Assembly (NCBI GenBank): GCA_964035545.1
Contig: CAXIUT010000183.1
Location: forward strand, 620,001 to 684,000
DNA from: Bugula neritina
Taxonomy: Eukaryota > Animalia > Bryozoa
Reading direction: 5' to 3'
DNA: 64,000 nt
The notes beneath the pieces are model-generated. The model saw only the letters and a program-made list of their open reading frames with translations. It had not been told where the DNA came from and ran no database searches. Positions 49,880 to 63,950 of this stretch are shown here, in pieces. The translations under genes and the position numbers were made by a program. Each line of letters opens with the position of its first letter. Positions within the stretch are counted from its first letter, which is position 1.

Positions 49880-51920
49880 CTGTAGCACACTGAAATACAC
49901 TGCAACTCACTGAAATATACTGCAACATACTGAAAAACACTGTAACATATTGAGACATACTGCAACATACTGCAACATACTGAAATACACTGTAACATAC
50001 TGAAATACATTGCAAAATACTGCAACATATTGAAATACACTGCAACACATTGAAATATACTGCAACATACCTAAATATCCGGTAATATACTGAGATATAC
50101 TGTAACACATTGAAAAATACTGCAACATACTGAAATACACTGCAACCCACTGGAATACATCGCAAAAGACTACAACATACTGAAATACACTGTAACATAT
50201 TGAAATACACTGCAACACATTGAAATATACTGCAACCTATAGAAATATATGGTAAACTACTGAAATATACTGTAACACATTGAAAAATGCTGCAACATAC
50301 TGAAGCATACTGCGACACATTGCAATATACTGTAACATACTGAAACATGCTGTAGCACACTGAAATAGACTGCAGCTCACTGAAATATACTGCAACATAC
50401 TGAAATTCACTGCAGCATCCTACAACATGCTGAAATACACTGTAACATATTGAAATACACTGCAACACATTGAAATATACTGCAACATACTGCAATATAT
50501 GGTAAACTACTGAAATATACTGTAACACATTGAAAAATACTGCATCATACTGAAATATACTGTGACATAATGCAATATTCTGTAACATACTGAGATATGC
50601 TGTAGCACACTGAAATACACTAAAACTCACTGAAACATACTGCAACATACTGAAATACACTGTAACATCCTACAACATACTGAAATACACAGTAACATAT
50701 TGAAATACACTGCAACACATTGAAATATACTGCAACATACCTAAATATACGGTAATATACTGAAATATAGTGTAACACATTGAAAAATACTACAAGATAC
50801 TGAAATATACTGTGACACATTGCAATATACTGTAACATACTGAAATATGCTCAAGCACACTGAAACACACTGCACCTCACTGAAACATACTGCAACATAC
50901 TGAAATACACTGCAACTCACTGAAATATACTGCAACATACTGAAAAACACTGTAACATATTGAGACATACTGCAACATACTGCAACATACTGAAATACAC
51001 TGTAACATACTGAAATACATTGCAAAATACTGCAACATATTGAAATACACTGCAACACATTGAAATATACTGCAACATACCTAAATATCCGGTAATATAC
51101 TGAGATATACTGTAACACATTGAAAAATACTGCAACATACTGAAATACACTGCAACCCACTGGAATACATCGCAAAAGACTACAACATACTGAAATACAC
51201 TGTAACATATTGAAATACACTGCAACACATTGAAATATACTGCAACCTATAGAAATATATGGTAAACTACTGAAATATACTGTAACACATTGAAAAATGC
51301 TGCAACATACTGAAGCATACTGCGACACATTGCAATATACTGTAACATACTGAAACATGCTGTAGCACACTGAAATAGACTGCAGCTCACTGAAATATAC
51401 TGCAACATACTGAAATTCACTGCAGCATCCTACAACATGCTGAAATACACTGTAACATATTGAAATACACTGCAACACATTGAAATATACTGCAACATAC
51501 CGCAATATATGGTAAACTACTGAAATATACTGTAACACATTGAAAAATACTGCATCATACTGAAATATACTGCGACATAATGCAATATTCTGTAACATAC
51601 TGAGATATGCTGTAGCACACTGAAATACACTACAACTCACTGAAACATACTGCAACATACTGAAATACACTGTAACATCCTACAACATACTGAAATACAC
51701 AGTAACATATTGAAATACACTGCAACACATTGAAATATACTGCAACATACCTAAATATACGGTAATATACTGAAATATACTGTAACACATTGAAAAATAC
51801 TACAAGATACTGAAATATACTGTGACACATTGCAATATACTGTAACATACTGAAATATGCTCAAGCACACTGAAACACACTGCACCTCACTGAAACATAC
51901 TGCAACATACTGAAATACAC
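49880..51920. repeat. Tandem duplication, offset 1010 bp
   Basis: ORF pairs 49907/50917 and 50620/51630; shared rare variants tgaagcatac and tgaaaaatgc. Confidence 0.85.
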
Positions 51921-54900
51921 TGCAACATCCTACAACATACTGAAATAGACAGCAACATATTGAAAGACACTGCAAGACAATGAAATATACTGCAACATAC
52001 TGAAATATACTGTAACACACTGAAATATACTGCAACATACTGAAATACACTGCTACATACTGAAATATACTGCAACATACTGCAACATACTGAAATACAC
52101 TGTAACATACTGAAATACACTGCAACAAACTACAACATATTGAAATACACTGCAACACATTGAAATATACTGCAACATACCTAAATATACGGTAATATAG
52201 CGGAAAAAAACTGTAACAGATTGACAAATTCTGCAACATACTGAAATATACTGCGACACATTGCAATATACTGTAACATACTGAAACATGCTCTAGCACA
52301 CTGAAATACACTGCAACCCACTGAAATATACTGCAACATACGGAAATACACTGCAACACATTGAAATACACTGCAACATACCAAAATAAATGGTAAACTA
52401 CTGAAATATACTTTAAAACATTGAAAAATACTGCAACATACTGAAATATACTGTAACACACTGAAATATACTGCAACATACTGAAATACACTGTAACATA
52501 TTGAAATACACTGCAACAAACTACAACATATTGAAATACACTGCAACGCATTGAAAGACACTGCAACACATTGAAATATACTGCAATATACCAATATATA
52601 TGGTAAACTGCTGAAATATACTTTAACACATTGAAAAATACTGCAACATACTGAAATATACTGTAACACACTGAAATATACTGCAACATACTGCAACAAT
52701 CTGAAATACACTGTAACATACTGAAATACACTGCAACAAACTACAACATATTGAAATACACTGCAACACATTGAAATATACCGCAACATACCTAAATATA
52801 CGGTAATATACCGAAAAAAAAACTGTAACAGATTGAACAATTCTGCAACATACTGAAATAAACTGCAACACACTGAAATACACCGCAAAATACTACAACA
52901 TACTGAAATACACTGTAACATATTGAAATACACTGCAACACTTTGAATAATACTGCAACATACCGAAATATATGTTAAACTACTAAAAATATACTGTAAC
53001 ACTTTGAAAAACAGTGCAACATACTGAAATATACTGCGACATTTTGCAATGTACTGTAACATACTGAAATATGCTGTAGCACACTGAAATACACTGCAAC
53101 TCACTGAAATAGACTGCAACATATTGAAATACACTGCAACATCCTACAACATGCTAAAATACACTGTAACATATTGAAATACAGTACAACACATTGAAAT
53201 ATACTGCAACATACCGGAATATATGGTAAAGTACTGAAATATACTGTAACACACTGAAAAATACTGCAACATACTGAAATATACTGCGACACATTGCAAT
53301 ATACTGCAACATACCAAAATATATGGTAAACTACTGAAATATACTTTAACACATTGAAAAATACTGCAACATACTGAAATATACTGTAACACACTGAAAT
53401 ATACTGCAACATACTGAAATACACTGTAACATACTGAAATTAACTGCAACATACCAAAATATATGGTAAACTACTGAAATATACTTTAACACATTGAAAA
53501 ATCCTGCAACATACTAAAATATACTGTAACACACTGCAAGATACTGCAACATACCGAAATACACTGTAACATAGTGAAACACACTGCAACATACTGCATT
53601 ATACTGACATACACTGGAACATATTGAAATACACTGCAACATCCTACAACATGCTGAAATACGCTGTAACATATTGAAATACACTGCAACACATTGAAAA
53701 ATACTGCAACATACCGAAATATATGGTAAACTATTGAATTATACTGTAACACATTGAAAAAAACTGAAACAAACTGAAATATACTCTGACACAATGCAAA
53801 ATACTGTAACATACTGAAATATGCTGTAGCACACTGAAATACACTGCAACTCACTGAAATATACTGCAACATACTGAAAAACACTGTAACATATTGAGAC
53901 ATACTGCAACATACTGCAACATACTGAAATACACTGTAACATACTGAAATACATTGCAAAATACTGCAACATTTTGAAATACACTGCAACACATTGAAAT
54001 ATACTGCAACATACCTAAATATCCGGTAATATACTGAGATATACTGTAACACATTGAAAAATACTGCAACATACTGAAATACACTGCAACCCACTGGAAT
54101 ACATCGCAAAAGACTACAACATACTGAAATACACTGTAACATATTGAAATACACTGCAACACATTGAAATATACTGCAACCTATAGAAATATATGGTAAA
54201 CTACTGAAATATACTGTAACACATTGAAAAATACTGCAACATACTGAAACATACTGCGACACATTGCAATATACTGTAACATACTGAAACATGCTGTAGC
54301 ACACTGAAATAGACTGCAGCTCACTGAAATATACTGCAACATACTGAAATTCACTGCAGCATCCTACAACATGCTAAAATACACTGTAACATATTGAAAT
54401 ACACTGCAACACATTGAAATATACTGCAACATACCGCAATATATGGTAAACTAGTGAAATATACTGTAACACATTGAAAAATACTGCATCATACTGAAAT
54501 AAACTGCGACATAATGCAATATTCTGTAACATACTGAGATATGCTGTAGCACACTGAAATACACTACAACTCACTGAAACATACTGCAACATACTGAAAT
54601 ACACTGTAACATCCTACAACATACTGAAATACACAGTAACATATTGAAATACACTGCAACACATTGAAATATACTGCAACATACCTAAATATACGGTAAT
54701 ATACTGAAATATATTGTAACACATTGAAAAATACTGCAAGATACTGAAATATACTGTGACACATTGCAATATACTGTAACATACTGAAATATGCTCAAGC
54801 ACACTGAAACACACTGCACCTCACTGAAACATACTGCAACATACTGAAATACACTGCAACATCCTACAACATACTGAAATACACTGCAACATATTGAAAG

Positions 54901-57129
54901 ACACTGCAAGACAATGAAATATACTGCAACATACTGAAATATACTGTAACACACTGAAATATACTGCAACATACTGAAATACACTGCTACATACTGAAAT
55001 ATACTGCAACATACTGCAACATACTGAAATACACTGTAACATACTGAAATACACTGCAACAAACTACAACATACTGAAATACACTGCAACACATTGAAAT
55101 ATACTGCAACATACGGAAATACACTGCAACACATTGAAATACACTGCAACATACCAAAATAAATGGTAAACTACTGAAATATACTTTAACACATTGAAAA
55201 ATACTGCAACATACTGAAATATACTGTAACACACTGAAATATACTGCAAAATACTGAAATACACTGTAACATATTGAAATACACTGCAACAAACTACAAC
55301 ATATTGAAATACACTGCAACGCATTGAAAGACACTGCAACACATTGAAAAATACTGCAACATACTGAAATATACTGTAACACACTGAAATATACTGCAAC
55401 ATACCGAAATATATGTTAAACTACTAAAATATACTGTAACACTTTGAAAAACAGTGCAACATACTGAAATATACTGCGACATTTTGCAATGTACTGTAAC
55501 ATACTGAAATATGCTGTAGCACACTGAAATACACTGCAACTCACTGAAATATACTGCAACATATTGAAATACACTGCAACATCCTACAACATGCTAAAAT
55601 ACACGGTAACATATTGAAATACAGTACAACACGTTGAAATATACTGCAACATACCGGAATATATGGTAAAGTACTGAAATATACTGTAACACACTGAAAA
55701 ATACTGCAACATACTGAAATATACTGCGACACATTGCAATATACTGCAACATACCAAAATATATGGTAAACTACTGAAATATACTTTAACACATTGAAAA
55801 ATACTGCAATATACTGAAATATACTGTAACACACTGAAATATACTGCAACATACTGAAATACACTGTAACATACTGAAATAAACTGCAACATACCAAAAT
55901 ATATGGTAAACTACTGAAATATACTTTAACACATTGAAAAATCCTGCAACATACTAAAATATACTGTAACACACTGCAAGATACTGCAACATACCGAAAT
56001 ACACTGTAACATAGTGAAACACACTGCAACATACTGCATTATACTGACATACACTGGAACATATTGAAATACACTGCAACATCCTACAACATGCTGAAAT
56101 ACGCTGTAACATATTGAAATACACTGCAACACATTGAAAAATACTGCAACATACCGAAATATATGGTAAACTATTGAATTATACTGTAACACATTGAAAA
56201 ATACTGGAACACACTGAAATATACACTGACACAATGCAAAATACTGTAACATACTGAAATATGCTGTAGCACACTGAAATACACTGCAACTCACTGAAAT
56301 ATACTGCAACATACTGAAAAACACTGTAACATATTGAGACATACTGCAACATACTGCAACATACTGAAATACACTGTAACATCCTGAAATACATTGCAAA
56401 ATACTGCAACATATTGAAATACACTGCAACACATTGAAATATACTGCAACATACCTAAATATCCGGTAATATACTGAAATATACTGTAACACATTGAAAA
56501 ATACTGCAACATACTGAAATACACTGCAACCCACTGAAATACATCGCAAAAGACTACAACATACTGAAATACACTGTAACATATTGAAATACACTGCAAC
56601 ACATTGAAATATACTGCAACCTATAGAAATATATGGTAAACTACTGAAATATACTGTAACGCATTGAAAAATACTGCAACATACTGAAATATACTGTAAC
56701 AAACTGAAATATACTGTAACATACTGAAATACACTGTAACATACTGAAATAAACTGCAACACACTGAAATACACCGCAAAATACTACAACATACTGAAAT
56801 ACACTGTAACATATTGAAATACACTGCAACACTTTGAAATATACTGCAACATACCGAAATATATGTTAAACTACTAAAATATACTGTAACACTTTGAAAA
56901 ACAGTGCAACATACTGAAATATACTGCGACACTTTGCAATGTACTGTAACATACTGAAATATGCTGTAGCACACTGAAATACACTGCAACTCACTGAAAT
57001 ATACTGCAACATATTGAAATACACTGCAACATCCTACAACATGCTAAAATACACGGTAACATATTGAAATACGGCACAACACGTTGAAATATACTGCAAC
57101 ATACCGGAATATATGGTAAAGTACTGAAA

Positions 57130-60100
57130 TATACTGTAACACACTGAAAAATACTGCAACATACTGAAATATACTGCGACACATTGCAATATACTGCAAC
57201 ATACCAAAATATATGGTAAACTACTGAAATATACTTTAACACATTGAAAAATACTGCAACATACTGAAATATACTGTAACACACTGAAACATACTGCAAC
57301 ATACTGAAATACACTGTAACATACTGAAATAAACTGCAACATACCAAAATATATGGTAAACTACTGAAATATACTTTAACACATTGAAAAATCCTGCAAC
57401 ATACTAAAATATACTGTAACACACTGCAAGATACTGCAACATACCGAAATACAGTGTAACATAGTGGAACACACTGCAACATACTGCATTATACTGACAT
57501 ACACTGGAACATATTGAAATACACTGCAACATCCTACAACATGCTGAAATACGCTGTAACATATTGAAATACACTGCAACACATTGAAAAATACTGCAAC
57601 ATACCGAAATATATGGTAAACTATTGAATTATACTGTAACACATTGAAAAATACTGAAACAAACTGAAATATACTCTGACACAATGCAAAATACTGTAAC
57701 ATACTGAAATATGCTGTAGCACACTGAAATACACTGCAACTCACTGAAATATACTGCAACATACTGAAAAACACTGTAACATATTGAGACATACTGCAAC
57801 ATACTGCAACATACTGAAATACACTGTAACATACTGAAATACAATGCAAAATACTGCAACATATTGAAATACACTGCAACACATTGAAATATACTGCAAC
57901 ATACCTAAATATCCGGTAATATACTGAGATATACTGTAACACATTGAAAAATACTGCAACATACTGAAATACACTGCAACCCACTGAAATACATCGCAAA
58001 AGACTACAACATACTGAAATACACTGTAACATATTGAAATACACTGCAACACATTGAAATATACTGCAACCTATAGAAATATATGGTAAACTACTGAAAT
58101 ATACTGTAACACATTGAAAAATACTGCATCATACTGAAATATACTGCGACATAATGCAATATTCTGTAACATACTGAGATATGCTGTAGCACACTGAAAT
58201 ACACTACAACTCACTGAAACATACTGCAACATACTGAAATACACTGTACCATCCTACAACATACTGAAATACAGAGTAACATATTGAAATACACTGCAAC
58301 ACATTGAAATATACTGCAACATACCTAAATATACGGTAATATACTGAAATATACTGTATCACATTGAAAAATACTGCAAGATACTGAAATATACTGTGAC
58401 ACATTGCAATATACTGTAACATACTGAAATATGCTCAAGCACACTGAAACACACTGCACCTCACTGAAATAAACTGCAACATACTGAAGTACACTGCAAC
58501 ATCCTACAACATACTGAAATACACAGTAACATATTGAAATACACTGCAACACATTGAAATATACTGCAACATACCTAAATATACGGTAATATACTGAAAT
58601 ATATTGTAACACATTGAAAAATACTGCAAGATACTGAAATATACTGTGACACATTGCAATATACTGTAACATACTGAAATATGCTCAAGCACACTGAAAC
58701 ACACTGCACCTCACTGAAACATACTGCAACATACTGAAATACACTGCAACATCCTACAACATACTGAAATACACTGCAACATATTGAAAGACACTGCAAG
58801 ACAATGAAATATACTGCAACATACTGAAATATACTGTAACACACTGAAATATACTGCAACATACTGAAATACACTGCTACATACTGAAATATACTGCAAC
58901 ATACTGCAACATACTGAAATACACTGTAACATACTGAAATACACTGCAACAAACTACAACATACTGAAATACACTGCAACACATTGAAATATACTGCAAC
59001 ATACGGAAATACACTGCAACACATTGAAATACACTGCAACATACCAAAATAAATGGTAAACTACTGAAATATACTTTAACACATTGAAAAATACTGCAAC
59101 ATACTGAAATATACTGTAACACACTGAAATATACTGCAAAATACTGAAATACACTGTAACATATTGAAATACACTGCAACAAACTACAACATATTGAAAT
59201 ACACTGCAACGCATTGAAAGACACTGCAACACATTGAAAAATACTGCAACATACTGAAATATACTGTAACACACTGAAATATACTGCAACATACTGCAAC
59301 AATCTGAAATACACTGTAACATACTGAAATACACTGCAACAAACTACAACATTTTGAAATACACTGCAACACATTGAAATATACTGCAACATACCTAAAT
59401 ATACGGTAATATACCGAAAAAAAACTGTAACAGATTGAAAAATTCTGCAACATACTGAAATAAACTGCAACACACTGAAATACACCGCAAAATACTACAA
59501 CATGCTGAAATACACTGTAACATATTGAAATACACTGCAAAACTTTGAAATATACTGCAACATACCGAAATATATGTTAAACTACTAAAATATACTGTAA
59601 CACTTTGAAAAACAGTGCAACATACTGAAATATACTGCGACATTTTGCAATGTACTGTAACATACTGAAATATGCTGTAGCACACTGAAATACACTGCAA
59701 CTCACTGAAATATACTGCAACATATTGAAATACACTGCAACATCCTACAACATGCTAAAATACACGGTAACATATTGAAATACAGTACAACACGTTGAAA
59801 TATACTGCAACATACCGGAATATATGGTAAAGTACTGAAATATACTGTAACACACTGAAAAATACTGCAACATACTGAAATATACTGCGACACATTGCAA
59901 TATACTGCAACATACCAAAATATATGGTAAACTACTGAAATATACTTTAACACATTGAAAAATACTGCAATATACTGAAATATACTGTAACACACTGAAA
60001 AATACTGCAACATACTGAAATATACTGCGACACATTGCAATATACTGCAACATACCAAAATATATGGTAAACTACTGAAATATACTTTAACACATTGAAA

Positions 60101-62840
60101 AATACTGCAACATACTGAAATATACTGTAACACACTGAAACATACTGCAACATACTGAAATACACTGTAACATACTGAAATAAACTGCAACATACCAAAA
60201 TATATGGTAAACTACTGAAATATACTTTAACACATTGAAAAATCCTGCAACATACTAAAATATACTGTAACACACTGCAAGATACTGCAACATACCGAAA
60301 TACAGTGTAACATAGTGGAACACACTGCAACATACTGCATTATACTGACATACACTGGAACATATTGAAATACACTGCAACATCCTACAACATGCTGAAA
60401 TACGCTGTAACATATTGAAATACACTGCAACACATTGAAAAATACTGCAACATACCGAAATATATGGTAAACTATTGAATTATATTGTAACACATTGAAA
60501 AATACTGAAACAAACTGAAATATACTCTGACACAATGCAAAATACTGTAACATACTGAAATATGCTGTAGCACACTGAAATACACTGCAACTCACTGAAA
60601 TATACTGCAACATACTGAAAAACACTGTAACATATTGAGACATACTGCAACATACTGCAACATACTGAAATACACTGTAACATACTGAAATACAATGCAA
60701 AATACTGCAACATATTGAAATACACTGCAACACATTGAAATATACTGCAACATACCTAAATATCCGGTAATATACTGAGATATACTGTAACACATTGAAA
60801 AATACTGCAACATACTGAAATACACTGCAACCCACTGAAATACATCGCAAAAGACTACAACATACTGAAATACACTGTAACATATTGAATTACACTGCAA
60901 CACATTGAAATATACTGCAACCTATAGAAATATATGGTAAACTACTGAAATATACTGTAACACATTGAAAAATACTGCATCATACTGAAATATACTGCGA
61001 CATAATGCAATATTCTGTAACATACTGAGATATGCTGTAGCACACTGAAATACACTACAACTCACTGAAACATACTGCAACATACTGAAATACACTGTAC
61101 CATCCTACAACATACTGAAATACACAGTAACATATTGAAATACACTGCAACACATTGAAATATACTGCAACATACCTAAATATACGGTAATATACTGAAA
61201 TATACTGTATCACATTGAAAAATACTGCAAGATACTGAAATATACTGTGACACATTGCAATATACTGTAACATACTGAAATATGCTCAAGCACACTGAAA
61301 CACACTGCACCTCACTGAAATAAACTGCAACATACTGAAGTACACTGCAACATCCTACAACATACTGAAATACACAGTAACATATTGAAATACACTGCAA
61401 CACATTGAAATATACTGCAACATACCTAAATATACGGTAATATACTGAAATATATTGTAACACATTGAAAAATACTGCAAGATACTGAAATATACTGTGA
61501 CACATTGCAATATACTGTAACATACTGAAATATGCTCAAGCACACTGAAACACACTGCACCTCACTGAAACATACTGCAACATACTGAAATACACTGCAA
61601 CATCCTACAACATACTGAAATACACTGCAACATATTGAAAGACACTGCAAGACAATGAAATATACTGCAACATACTGAAATATACTGTAACACACTGAAA
61701 TATACTGCAACATACTGAAATACACTGCTACATACTGAAATATACTGCAACATACTGCAACATACTGAAATACACTGTAACATACTGAAATACACTGCAA
61801 CAAACTACAACATACTGAAATACACTGCAACACATTGAAATATACTGCAACATACGGAAATACACTGCAACACATTGAAATACACTGCAACATACCAAAA
61901 TAAATGGTAAACTACTGAAATATACTTTAACACATTGAAAAATACTGCAACATACTGAAATATACTGTAACACACTGAAATATACTGCAAAATACTGAAA
62001 TACACTGTAACATATTGAAATACACTGCAACAAACTACAACATATTGAAATACACTGCAACGCATTGAAAGACACTGCAACACATTGAAAAATACTGCAA
62101 CATACTGAAATATACTGTAACACACTGAAATATACTGCAACATACTGCAACAATCTGAAATACACTGTAACATACTGAAATACACTGCAACAAACTACAA
62201 CATATTGAAATACACTGCAACACATTGAAATATACTGCAACATACCTAAATATACGGTAATATACCGAAAAAAAACTGTAACAGATTGAAAAATTCTGCA
62301 ACATACTGAAATAAACTGCAACACACTGAAATACACCGCAAAATACTACAACATGCTGAAATACACTGTAACATATTGAAATACACTGCAAAACTTTGAA
62401 ATATACTGCAACATACCGAAATATATGTTAAACTACTAAAATATACTGTAACACTTTGAAAAACAGTGCAACATACTGAAATATACTGCGACATTTTGCA
62501 ATGTACTGTAACATACTGAAATATGCTGTAGCACACTGAAATACACTGCAACTCACTGAAATATACTGCAACATATTGAAATACACTGCAACATCCTACA
62601 ACATGCTAAAATACACGGTAACATATTGAAATACAGTACAACACGTTGAAATATACTGCAACATACCGGAATATATGGTAAAGTACTGAAATATACTGTA
62701 ACACACTGAAAAATACTGCAACATACTGAAATATACTGCGACACATTGCAATATACTGCAACATACCAAAATATATGGTAAACTACTGAAATATACTTTA
62801 ACACATTGAAAAATACTGCAATATACTGAAATATACTGTA
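57130..62840. repeat. Tandem duplication, offset 2851 bp
   Basis: ORF pairs 57376/60227, 58325/61176, 59395/62246; shared A8 tract and acagtgtaacatagtggaac variant. Confidence 0.88.
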
Positions 62841-63950
62841 ACACACTGAAATATACTGCAACATACTGAAATACACTGTAACATACTGAAATAAACTGCA
62901 ACATACCAAAATATATGGTAAACTACTGAAATATACTTTAACACATTGAAAAATCCTGCAACATACTAAAATATACTGTAACACACTGCAAGATACTGCA
63001 ACATACCGAAATACACTGTAACATAGTGAAACACACTGCAACATACTGCATTATACTGACATACACTGGAACATATTGAAATACACTGCAACATCCTACA
63101 ACATGCTGAAATACGCTGTAACATATTGAAATACACTGCAACACATTGAAAAATACTGCAACATACCGAAATATATGGTAAACTATTGAATTATACTGTA
63201 ACACATTGAAAAATACTGGAACACACTGAAATATACTCTGACACAATGCAAAATACTGTAACATACTGAAATATGCTGTAGCACACTGAAATACACTGCA
63301 ACTCACTGAAATATACTGCAACATACTGAAAAACACTGTAACATATTGAGACATACTGCAACATACTGCAACATACTGAAATACACTGTAACATCCTGAA
63401 ATACATTGCAAAATACTGCAACATATTGAAATACACTGCAACACATTGAAATATACTGCAACATACCTAAATATCCGGTAATATACTGAAATATACTGTA
63501 ACACATTGAAAAATACTGCAACATACTGAAATACACTGCAACCCACTGAAATACATCGCAAAAGACTACAACATACTGAAATACACTGTAACATATTGAA
63601 ATACACTGCAACACATTGAAATATACTGCAACCTATAGAAATATATGGTAAACTACTGAAATATACTGTAACGCATTGAAAAATACTGCAACATACTGAA
63701 ATATACTGTAACAAACTGAAATATACTGTAACATACTGAAATACACTGTAACATACTGAAATAAACTGCAACACACTGAAATACACCGCAAAATACTACA
63801 ACATACTGAAATACACTGTAACATATTGAAATACACTGCAACACTTTGAAATATACTGCAACATACCGAAATATATGTTAAACTACTAAAATATACTGTA
63901 ACACTTTGAAAAACAGTGCAACATACTGAAATATACTGCGACACTTTGCA
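62410..63950. repeat. Block copy of ~55400-56940 (offset 7012 bp)
   Basis: ORF pairs 55541/62553, 55926/62938, 56621/63633. Confidence 0.85.
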
